A stretch of 64,000 nt of DNA, from assembly GCA_963803805.1 (NCBI GenBank), contig CAWDOD010000007.1, forward strand, positions 192,001 through 256,000, given 5' to 3'. Positions 29,104-37,324 of the stretch are shown piece by piece. Numbering within the stretch: position 1 is the stretch's first letter; every line of letters starts with the position of its first letter. The DNA is from an uncultured cyanobacterium. Its GTDB lineage: Bacteria > Cyanobacteriota > Cyanobacteriia > Cyanobacteriales > CAWCAG01. The translations under genes were made by a program, and so were the position numbers. The notes under the pieces were generated by a model. It saw nothing but the letters and a program-made list of their open reading frames with translations, did not search any database and was not told where the DNA came from.

Positions 29104-30153
29104 ATGGTTGATATACAGATATTGATGGTGAATACTCTTACTATGCACCGATTACAAAAGCGATATAAAAGACTGCTTTTGTTTTTTCCTAAGCTAGTTT
29201 TTCCTTTCGCTGTGTTAGCTTCTTTGGGGCTTCATGGTGCGGTTTTGATGTTGCCCTTAGAAGAGAAGCCAGAGGAAGAAGTTGTTGAAGAAGAGTTAAT
29301 TGAAGATGTTCCCATTGCAATTTTCGATGCTCCTTCTGATGCAGAAACTAAACCTAATAATAAAGAAATACCATTGCCAGCTTTTCCTTCTCCTCCTCGC
29401 AAAACGGTTTCTCCTGTTCAGCCTACACCAGTTAAGGAAGAAGTTGTTACTGAACCAACTGAGGTTGAAACAGTTCCTGATTTAGATAAAAAAGACGATT
29501 CATCTACAAATAAGTCTAATTCCAAAGCCCCAATTAGTTCAGATTCAGAAGAGGATAATGGAAATGAATCTGATGACGATGGGGGAGATAGTGGTAAAAA
29601 ACAAGTAGATAAAGAGGCTAAGACAAAAGCAGAACAATTTGTAAATAACTTTGCTCCTACTGATTCTACAGGAGTAGAAAAACCATATTTTTTTGAAGCA
29701 TATATTAGATCTAAAATAGACCCTTTGAAACAATCAAAGAAAGAGAAGGAAAAGTCAAAAGAGCATATACAAGAATTAGAAAATCAGATACGAGAATTAG
29801 AAAATCAGATACGAGAATTAGAAAATCAGATACGAGAATTAGAAAATCAGATAAAATTATTTTTCCCTCTCTTTGATAAAGATATGACGGAGAAAAATTG
29901 GTTTGAAGATCGAGAAGCAAGTATCATTAACATAGGATTAGTTCCTGAAAAAACTCTAAAAGAAGTATTTGAAAAAGAGATAGCTCCTCAACTAAAAGCT
30001 AACGGTTCTACTTATGAAAAAAAGGATGAAGGATATGCAGGAGGCGATCTGTATCAAATAAAAGATACTGATTATTATATTGTTGTAGTTCAACTAAAAG
30101 GTCCTGGTAAATTAGTTCTTTGGGCATATTTAGACAAATCTTCTCTAGAATAA
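29104..30153 (+). CDS. Hypothetical single-pass membrane protein with a TonB/TolA-like S-x3-H TM motif, acidic/Pro linker and heptad repeat
   Basis: LASLGLHGAVLMLP TM segment, EEEVVEEE and Pro-rich linker, ELENQIR x4. Confidence 0.6.
   Translation: MVDIQILMVNTLTMHRLQKRYKRLLLFFPKLVFPFAVLASLGLHGAVLMLPLEEKPEEEVVEEELIEDVPIAIFDAPSDAETKPNNKEIPLPAFPSPPRKTVSPVQPTPVKEEVVTEPTEVETVPDLDKKDDSSTNKSNSKAPISSDSEEDNGNESDDDGGDSGKKQVDKEAKTKAEQFVNNFAPTDSTGVEKPYFFEAYIRSKIDPLKQSKKEKEKSKEHIQELENQIRELENQIRELENQIRELENQIKLFFPLFDKDMTEKNWFEDREASIINIGLVPEKTLKEVFEKEIAPQLKANGSTYEKKDEGYAGGDLYQIKDTDYYIVVVQLKGPGKLVLWAYLDKSSLE
29767..29853 (+). repeat. In-frame 21-bp tandem repeat (~4 copies)
   Basis: gaattagaaaatcagatacga repeated exactly at 29773, 29794, 29815 and partially at 29836. 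Confidence 0.95.
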
Positions 30154-30397
30154 AAGACTAAATATTATTTGGTTTAGGTTGGGTTAGCCGTAAAGATATA
30201 TAGCAGGAAACACGACAATTTTTGTGTTGCCGTAACCTAACAAAAAACTACGCATTCAAAAGTTACCAAATATCAACTTATAATCTTTTAAAAGCTTGAT
30301 TTTTATGATGTGATCGCAAATTAGCAACCTTAAAAAGTTAATGGTTTCTCAAGAGAGTTTACTAAAAAACCAGGGATAACGTCGTATTACCAAAATA

Positions 30398-30871
30398 TTA
30401 AAAACCAGCGATCGCTCCTAAATTTCCTTGCACTGCCTTCAAATAATCAACTGGAGAAAGTAAAATCAAGGTTCCACGTACTCCAGCAGAAACAGTTACT
30501 TTCTCAAAAACTTCTATGGTTTCATCAACATAAACAGGATAATCTTTTTTACTAGCCAAAGCTGTTACTCCGCCGCGAATGTATCCTGTTAAAGATTGTA
30601 CTTCCTGGAGGGGAACCATTTCTACTTTGCGATCGCCTATTAATTTTGCTAAGGCTTTGAGGTTAAGGTAGGCATTTCCTGGTATAACAGCAAAATAGAT
30701 ATTATTGGTATTACTACGAACAACTAAAGTTTTGAATACTTGTTCCGGGGGAAAACCAAGTTTCTGGGCTGTAGTTTCTGCGGCGAGATCTTCAGTATCA
30801 ACCTCGTAATCAAGAAGTTGATAAGTAATACCAAGGTTATCTAATAATCGGACAGCGTTGGTTTTTTTCAT
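30398..30871 (-). CDS. ybaK: Cys-tRNA(Pro) deacylase
   Basis: KKTNAVRLLD, QVFKTLV, TGYIRGGVT, VSAGVRG. Confidence 0.92.
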   Translation of the reverse strand: MKKTNAVRLLDNLGITYQLLDYEVDTEDLAAETTAQKLGFPPEQVFKTLVVRSNTNNIYFAVIPGNAYLNLKALAKLIGDRKVEMVPLQEVQSLTGYIRGGVTALASKKDYPVYVDETIEVFEKVTVSAGVRGTLILLSPVDYLKAVQGNLGAIAGF

Positions 30872-30980
30872 AAAATATCAACTCTCTCCACCTAAGTTGA
30901 GGTTAGTTTAAAACACATCTTATCTAAAAACCCAGGAATACTATGATAGATGTTTAATAATAAATAAGAATTGCTATATT

Positions 30981-31646
30981 ATGTGTTGGTTCCAATCATC
31001 TTATCCCCACTCCACTCCCCAGTTGCAACAATTGATGCAGCAAGTAGGCATTTCTAGTTATGAAGAACTTAGGAAAAAATCGGGAGTTGGAGAAAGGCAA
31101 ATTATCCGCTTGCGTTATGGATTAGTATTACAAACAAAGGCAGAAACTCTGGTCAAGTTAGCACAAACTTTACAAATATCTGTAGACGAATTAATTAAAG
31201 TTTTGTCCTCAAAACCTGTGGCGCAAGCATCAGCAATATCTCCAGGGACAAGGCAATTAAAACAGGAATATCAGCGTTTGCAAAAGCAAATGGCAAACCA
31301 AAAAGAAAGTTTGCAACAAGAGTTTCAACAACAGAGTCTGCAAACCCTAGAATCTTGGATGATTCAATGGCCTACTGCTGCTGCGGCTGTGGAGAATAAT
31401 CCTGAGTTGCCAGCTACAAGATTGTTGCCTTTAATTAAACCAGTAAGCCAACTTTTGCAACATTGGGGAGTTAAGGCGATCGCTTCTGTTGGGGAAGAAG
31501 TATCCTACAACCCCCAACAGCATCAACTAATGTCAGGAAAAGCCCAGGCAGGAGATACTGTTAAGGTGCGTTATATAGGCTATTCCTGGCAGAATAAGTT
31601 GCTTTATCGTGCTAAGGTAAGCCCTGTGGGAGAAGGGAGAAAGTAG
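30981..31646 (+). CDS. XRE-type HTH + coiled coil + GrpE-like C-terminal domain protein
   Basis: N-terminal HTH (SYEELRKKSGV...LVKLAQTLQISVDEL); C-terminal VGEEVSYNPQQHQ...VRYIGY..LLYRAKV resembles the GrpE beta domain. Confidence 0.7.
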   Translation: MCWFQSSYPHSTPQLQQLMQQVGISSYEELRKKSGVGERQIIRLRYGLVLQTKAETLVKLAQTLQISVDELIKVLSSKPVAQASAISPGTRQLKQEYQRLQKQMANQKESLQQEFQQQSLQTLESWMIQWPTAAAAVENNPELPATRLLPLIKPVSQLLQHWGVKAIASVGEEVSYNPQQHQLMSGKAQAGDTVKVRYIGYSWQNKLLYRAKVSPVGEGRK

Positions 31647-31700
31647 TCAGTTAAAGAATATACTATTTCCTTACTCCTAATTCGGCTTCCCCCTTGCCCA

Positions 31701-32468
31701 CTAACGAAAATTGTCAGGATTTAAGGTACGTCCAGGAGAAGAACTCTCGGAAGTAGAAGGGCGTAACATTGTACCTGTACCGCCATCCTTATAATCTAAG
31801 TAAGGTTTGAGGTTGATGCCTCTACTTCCTACATTGTTGTTACCCCCCAAGGTGGATAAATCTACCCCCAGGAGATCCCCTACAGGATTTAACCAATCGT
31901 TGTTACCATCTCCTGTATAGGTGTTCACTCCTTGAGTTGACTGCCCGCTATCAGCAACGGTTAGATTCTCAAAAACTAAATCCCTTACTACTTCAGGATT
32001 TTTACCAGGAGGTACAGTTAACACAATGCGACAATCTGGTTCAACTTCTGTAGTGACGCAAAGAACATTATAGTTGTTTTCTACCCCTGTGGTTAATTCT
32101 ACCAAACCGTCAGGGCGATAGGATTCTAAACGGCTGGTAATTGCTTCGCAACGTTTTTGAGGACTCCAACCGCCTCCCATTTGAGAAGGAATAGCCCAAG
32201 CATAGGATTCCTCCGGTTGGCTTTCAGGATTGTACATAACCGTGTACTGACCTTCATAAACTTCGCAGGTAAAACGAACCCCAGTTGTATTGCTGCCCGA
32301 TTCCGTTGTTTGAGGATCAGTGTCAACAACCACATCGGGAGGGGCTTGAGTTAGAAGCAAATCTGCACTGGCGCTACTGCTTAAAAAAGCAATGCTACCA
32401 AGGGAAAAAGTAATGGTTTTTAAGCTAGAGAAGAATAGTTTTTGCGTTTTGGGGTGTGAGGGCAACAT
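31701..32468 (-). CDS. COP23-domain exported protein
   Basis: Signal peptide, RFTCE, GGGWSPQKRCEAITSRLE, NYNVLCV. Confidence 0.8.
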   Translation of the reverse strand: MLPSHPKTQKLFFSSLKTITFSLGSIAFLSSSASADLLLTQAPPDVVVDTDPQTTESGSNTTGVRFTCEVYEGQYTVMYNPESQPEESYAWAIPSQMGGGWSPQKRCEAITSRLESYRPDGLVELTTGVENNYNVLCVTTEVEPDCRIVLTVPPGKNPEVVRDLVFENLTVADSGQSTQGVNTYTGDGNNDWLNPVGDLLGVDLSTLGGNNNVGSRGINLKPYLDYKDGGTGTMLRPSTSESSSPGRTLNPDNFR

Positions 32469-32735
32469 GGGAACTATTTTTTTATAAAGATTAAATGACT
32501 ATGATATTTGGCTTGAGTTACTTCAAGCCCTAAAATTTCCAAGACCTTTTTAATTTTGAATTGTTCCGCTCTTAGTTAGTTGATACGCTTATTCAGTAAA
32601 TACAACAGATATTAGGCAAATAAAAGTAATACTATTCGGAGATTACTCTCCAAGAAAGAGTCTATCAATAGGTGTGAATTCTTAGCTTTTACAGAAGATT
32701 TAATTAAAAATAGGACAGTTACTTAAACATTCAAA

Positions 32736-34487
32736 ATGCCTGAAATGAAAACTTTGACTGTCACCAATACAGCAGATAAAGGGAAAGGTTCTCTGCGAGA
32801 GACAATCAATAATGCGAAGTCAGGAGATAGGATTATTTTCGCTTCTGGTTTGGCTAACAAAACAATTAACATTAGCAGGCTTAGGTTTGATATTGATAAG
32901 GATCTAACCATAGATGGAAACAATGCCCCCGGCTTAACTATTAGCGGTGGCAAAAAGAATCAAATATTTCATTTGAAGGGAAATAATCGAGAATTCAATC
33001 TACGTAACCTAACTTTAGCTGACGGCTTTGTGAAAAATGGTCCTGGGGCAGCTATATGGGCAGCTAATGCTCAAGCCAAAATAGAAGTAGAAAATGTCGT
33101 TTTCACCAATAACATTTCCCGTACAGGAAGTGCAATATGGGCTAAAGATGGGGCTGAGGTTACAGTAATTGGCAGTCAATTTGATGGCAACAAAGCGACT
33201 AAGACAGGTTCTGATGTTGCCGCAGGAGCGATCGCGGTTTTTGATCAAAGTGAACTTGTGGTTCAAGGTAGCAAGTTTACAAACAACCAAGGAGATGCTG
33301 GGGGGGCGATTAGTACTGTTTTTACAGAGGTAATTATTGAAGACTCTGAGTTTATCAACAACAAAAGTAGAAGATTCAGCGGTGCAGTTAATATTGATGG
33401 GGCGAGCATCCCTACGCGAGATCGCTACAACCCAGCGAATCTAGTCGGAGATGGTCAACCAGGAGAAATAATCCTCAAAAATAACCTCTTTAAGAAGAAC
33501 CAAGCTACAGATTCGGGTGGGGGCTTAACAGTGTGGGGTTATGACCAGGATTCAGTATTGATTGATAACAATACTTTCATCGGCAACAAAGTAAGTAAGA
33601 ATTCAAGAGGCGAAGCAAGGGGAGGAGGACTGCGGGTAGCAGGTTTTGCTACCATCAAAAACTCGACATTTACCAACAATGAATCAGAGCAAAATGGTGG
33701 TGGTTTATGGTATCAAGGAGAAGTTCCTATTAAGGTTATTAATAGTAACTTTTCTGAGAACAAAGCCAAAGAATTTGGTGGGGCAATTTATAACGGACAA
33801 TGGGGTAGCGAAACGACTATCAAAGGTACAGAATTCATCAAAAACTTAGCAGGAAAAGAAGCAGGAGCTATTTATACCGCGAAGAATCACCCTATTACCA
33901 TCGAAGATTCTATTTTTGATGATAATGAAGCCAACAACATCGCTGCCACGAAAAACTCGAACTATGAAGTTGTCCGCAAAGCTAGCGACAAGTTTTTGCT
34001 AACAGAAGAAAATATTCTTTATCAAGGTGATCGCCGGGAAGATCAATTTACTGGAGGGGAGGGGGATGATCTTCTTCTAGGAAGCGGTGGCAATGATACC
34101 TTGATAGGACAAGGAGGTAATGATACCCTCCAAGGAGATAGCGGTAAAAATATTCTTGACGGTGGGGCAGGTAATGATCGCTTCATTGGTGGTACAGGAC
34201 AAGATATCTTTATCGGCGGTTTAGGTGCTGACAAGTATATCCTTGGTGATCGTAGGGAGAGTTTTTACAATAAGACTCGTAACCAAGATCAAGCTATTAT
34301 CCAAGATTTTGATGCTGATGAAGATACCATCCAACTCAGGGGTAAGGCTTCTGATTATAGTTTAGGTTCTATTACTATAGGTAAGCACTCAGGTACAGGC
34401 ATTTTCGGTAACAATCTCATTGCTTTAGTAGCAGATGTAGATCCCAAAGATTTTAACCTCAAAGCTGATTATGTTGATTATGTTTAA
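32736..34487 (+). CDS. Type I secretion substrate 1: Pmp-like beta-helix (GGA[IL]/FxxN repeats) + RTX Ca-binding repeats
   Basis: TVTNTADKGKGSLRETI N-terminus, FTNN..GGAI repeats, GGxGxD nonapeptides; no Sec signal. Confidence 0.85.
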   Translation: MPEMKTLTVTNTADKGKGSLRETINNAKSGDRIIFASGLANKTINISRLRFDIDKDLTIDGNNAPGLTISGGKKNQIFHLKGNNREFNLRNLTLADGFVKNGPGAAIWAANAQAKIEVENVVFTNNISRTGSAIWAKDGAEVTVIGSQFDGNKATKTGSDVAAGAIAVFDQSELVVQGSKFTNNQGDAGGAISTVFTEVIIEDSEFINNKSRRFSGAVNIDGASIPTRDRYNPANLVGDGQPGEIILKNNLFKKNQATDSGGGLTVWGYDQDSVLIDNNTFIGNKVSKNSRGEARGGGLRVAGFATIKNSTFTNNESEQNGGGLWYQGEVPIKVINSNFSENKAKEFGGAIYNGQWGSETTIKGTEFIKNLAGKEAGAIYTAKNHPITIEDSIFDDNEANNIAATKNSNYEVVRKASDKFLLTEENILYQGDRREDQFTGGEGDDLLLGSGGNDTLIGQGGNDTLQGDSGKNILDGGAGNDRFIGGTGQDIFIGGLGADKYILGDRRESFYNKTRNQDQAIIQDFDADEDTIQLRGKASDYSLGSITIGKHSGTGIFGNNLIALVADVDPKDFNLKADYVDYV

Positions 34488-34545
34488 GACTAGAGAATGA
34501 AGTGATCGCCTCAGTCTTAAAGAATAAGCAATATTTTTATAACAG

Positions 34546-34579
34546 GTCAGTGAAGAGTCTTTTCTTTCACTGACTTTTT
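34546..34579 (+). terminator. Rho-independent terminator
   Basis: gtcagtgaa...ttcactgac stem followed by ttttt. Confidence 0.65.
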
Positions 34580-34762
34580 CTTGCTTCTTACTTTTCATAT
34601 CTCTAGCGAAATCGTATAAACACGATGCTTTGTAGAATTATCTCCTCATGCAAAATCAATTTACTAAGTATAATTTTTTACTTTCTTAAACAAAAATAAA
34701 TTGTTAATGTTATAAATACTCACTAATATGTAACAATTACTTAAATTATTTAAGATACCTAT

Positions 34763-36505
34763 ATGCAAACTTGGACTGTCACTAATACAGCAGATAAAGG
34801 GAAAGGTTCTCTGCGAGAGACAATTGCTCAGGCTAAATCAGGAGATAGGATTATTTTTGCTTCTAGTTTAGCCAAGAAAAAGATTGTCCTTGGTAAACGC
34901 AGGTTTAATATTGATAAGGATCTAACCATAGATGGAAACAATGCCCCCGGCTTAACTATTAGCGGTGGCAAAAAGAATCAAATATTTCATTTGAAGGGAA
35001 ATAATCGAGAATTCAATCTACGTAACCTAACTTTAGCTGACGGCTTTGTGAAAAATGGTCCTGGGGCAGCTATATGGGCAGCTAATGCTCAAGCCAAAAT
35101 AGAAGTAGAAAATGTCGTTTTCACCAATAACATTTCCCGTACAGGAAGTGCAATATGGGCTAAAGATGGGGCTGAGGTTACAGTGATTGGCAGTCAATTT
35201 GATGGCAACAAAGCGACTAAGACAGGTTCTGATGTTGCCGCAGGAGCGATCGCGGTTTTTGATCAAAGTGAACTTGTGGTTAGAGGCAGCAAATTTACCA
35301 GAAACCAAGGAGATGCCGGGGGGGCAATTAGTACTGTTTTTACAGAGGTAATTATTAAAGACTCTGAGTTTATCAACAACAAAAGTAGAAGATTCAGCGG
35401 TGCAGTTAATATTGATGGGGCGAGCATCCCTACGCGAGATCGCTACAACCCAGCGAATCTAGTCGGAGATGGTCAACCAGGAGAAATAATCCTCAAAAAT
35501 AACCTCTTTAAGAAGAACCAAGCTACAGATTCGGGTGGGGGCTTAACAGTGTGGGGTTATGACCAGGATTCAGTATTGATTGATAACAATACTTTCATCG
35601 GCAACAAAGTAAGTAAGAATTCAAGAGGCGAAGCAAGGGGAGGAGGACTGCGGGTAGCAGGTTTTGCTACCATCAAAAACTCGACATTTACCAACAATGA
35701 ATCAGAGCAAAATGGTGGTGGTTTATGGTATCAAGGAGAAGTTCCTATTAAGGTTATTAATAGTAACTTTTCTGAGAACAAAGCCAAAGAATTTGGTGGG
35801 GCAATTTATAACGGACAATGGGGTAGCGAAACGACTATCAAAGGTACAGAATTCATCAAAAACTTAGCAGGAAAAGAAGCAGGAGCTATTTATACCGCGA
35901 AGAATCACCCTATTACCATCGAAGATTCTATTTTTGAGAATAATAGAGCGAAACAAATAGCAGCCACGAAAAACTCGAACTATGAAGTTGTCCGCAAAGC
36001 TAGCGACAAGTTTTTGCTAACAGAAGAAAATATTCTTTACCAAGGTAATGGTAGAGACAACAAAATTACTGGTGGTAAAGGCGATGATCGCCTAGAAGGA
36101 CGTGGCGGAAATGATATTTTAATAGGGGGGGCCGGTAATGACATCCTCCAAGGAGATAGCGGTAAAAATATTCTTGACGGTGGGGCAGGTAATGATCGCT
36201 TCATTGGTGGTACAGGACAAGATATCTTTATCGGCGGTTTAGGTGCTGACAGGTACATCCTGGGCGATAGTCGAGGCAGTTTTTACAATAAGACCCGTAA
36301 TCAAGGTCAAGCTGTTATCAAAGATTTTAATACTGATGAAGATACTATCCAACTTAGTGGCAAACCTTCTGACTACAGGTTAGGTTCTATTACTGTAGGT
36401 AAGCACTCAGGTACAGGCATTTTCGACAATAATCTCATTGCTGTGATAGCAGATGTCAAACTCAAGGAATTTAGCCTTAAAGCCGACTATATAGATTACA
36501 TCTAA
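34763..36505 (+). CDS. Type I secretion substrate 2, near-identical paralog of 32736-34487
   Basis: Same architecture; ~1-kb core almost nucleotide-identical at an offset of 2018 nt. Confidence 0.85.
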   Translation: MQTWTVTNTADKGKGSLRETIAQAKSGDRIIFASSLAKKKIVLGKRRFNIDKDLTIDGNNAPGLTISGGKKNQIFHLKGNNREFNLRNLTLADGFVKNGPGAAIWAANAQAKIEVENVVFTNNISRTGSAIWAKDGAEVTVIGSQFDGNKATKTGSDVAAGAIAVFDQSELVVRGSKFTRNQGDAGGAISTVFTEVIIKDSEFINNKSRRFSGAVNIDGASIPTRDRYNPANLVGDGQPGEIILKNNLFKKNQATDSGGGLTVWGYDQDSVLIDNNTFIGNKVSKNSRGEARGGGLRVAGFATIKNSTFTNNESEQNGGGLWYQGEVPIKVINSNFSENKAKEFGGAIYNGQWGSETTIKGTEFIKNLAGKEAGAIYTAKNHPITIEDSIFENNRAKQIAATKNSNYEVVRKASDKFLLTEENILYQGNGRDNKITGGKGDDRLEGRGGNDILIGGAGNDILQGDSGKNILDGGAGNDRFIGGTGQDIFIGGLGADRYILGDSRGSFYNKTRNQGQAVIKDFNTDEDTIQLSGKPSDYRLGSITVGKHSGTGIFDNNLIAVIADVKLKEFSLKADYIDYI

Positions 36506-36524
36506 ATTCGTTATTATCTTATCA

Positions 36525-37184
36525 ATGACAAAAGTATTGCAACTTGGTCAACAACAAATACCCTTAGAACAACTTCCTTTTTTATTAGATAAGTATGAGC
36601 TTCTGCCTGCCTTGGCAGAAGAGATGATTATAGATCAGGCGATCGCTTCAATAGATTTAACACCAGAGGAACAGCCCCAGGGGGTAAGAGAGGAACGGGG
36701 AGGCTTACGTAGAGCGAAAATTCATAAGTTTAAACAGCTTACCTGGGGACATGAACTTAAATCTCATTTCCTAAAATACAGAAGAAAGCTAGATCGGGCA
36801 ACCTACTATCTTCTACGTCATCGCGAGGAGAAGATTATTCAAGAACTCTATTTTCGCCTCCAAGAAAAAGAGCAATCTTTTGCAGAACTAGCGAGGGAAT
36901 ACTCTCAAGGCAGTGAAGCAAAAAGGGGGGGTTTGGTTAATGGGGTGCAGTTGAGTACATTGCACCCTACTTTAGCTGCAATGCTATCAAGTAGCGAACC
37001 AGGAGAAATTTTACCAGTGACGAAGTTAGATGATTGGTACATTATTGTTAGCTTGCAAGAGTTTATTCCTGCCCAATTTAATGAAACCCTGCAACAGCAA
37101 TTACTAGAGCAACTTTTTCAAGAGTGGCTAGAATTTCAGTTGTCGCTTATTAATGTAAGAAATCTTATTTCTGTTGATGCCTGA
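36525..37184 (+). CDS. PpiC/parvulin-type peptidyl-prolyl isomerase associated with the T1SS
   Basis: QELYFRLQEKEQSFAELAREYSQGSEAKRGG; directly upstream of the ABC transporter. Confidence 0.85.
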   Translation: MTKVLQLGQQQIPLEQLPFLLDKYELLPALAEEMIIDQAIASIDLTPEEQPQGVREERGGLRRAKIHKFKQLTWGHELKSHFLKYRRKLDRATYYLLRHREEKIIQELYFRLQEKEQSFAELAREYSQGSEAKRGGLVNGVQLSTLHPTLAAMLSSSEPGEILPVTKLDDWYIIVSLQEFIPAQFNETLQQQLLEQLFQEWLEFQLSLINVRNLISVDA

Positions 37185-37255
37185 CTATTGCTTTTTCATT
37201 TTTGACTCTCTAAAAAATGGCAGACTATTAAATTAATTAAAATAAGCTGTAGTTC

Positions 37256-37311
37256 TTACCTATTACCTATTACCTGTTACCTATTAGATCACCTATGGGG
37301 GTGATCTAATA
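37256..37311. repeat. Heptamer short tandem repeat (TTACCTA) followed by a hairpin
   Basis: ttaccta ttaccta ttacctg ttaccta, then tattagatcacc-tatggg-ggtgatctaata. The same heptamer occurs at ~18309-18330 and ~40268-40280. Confidence 0.65.
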
Positions 37312-37324
37312 TACCTGATAGCTT

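Noticed and set aside
29767-29853. 21-bp repeat as a mini-CRISPR or iteron array
   Set aside because: Head-to-tail with no spacers and in frame within a CDS.
30175-30241. Degenerate REP-like hairpin (taggttgggtta...taacctaac)
   Set aside because: Too degenerate and single-copy in this window to support as a feature.
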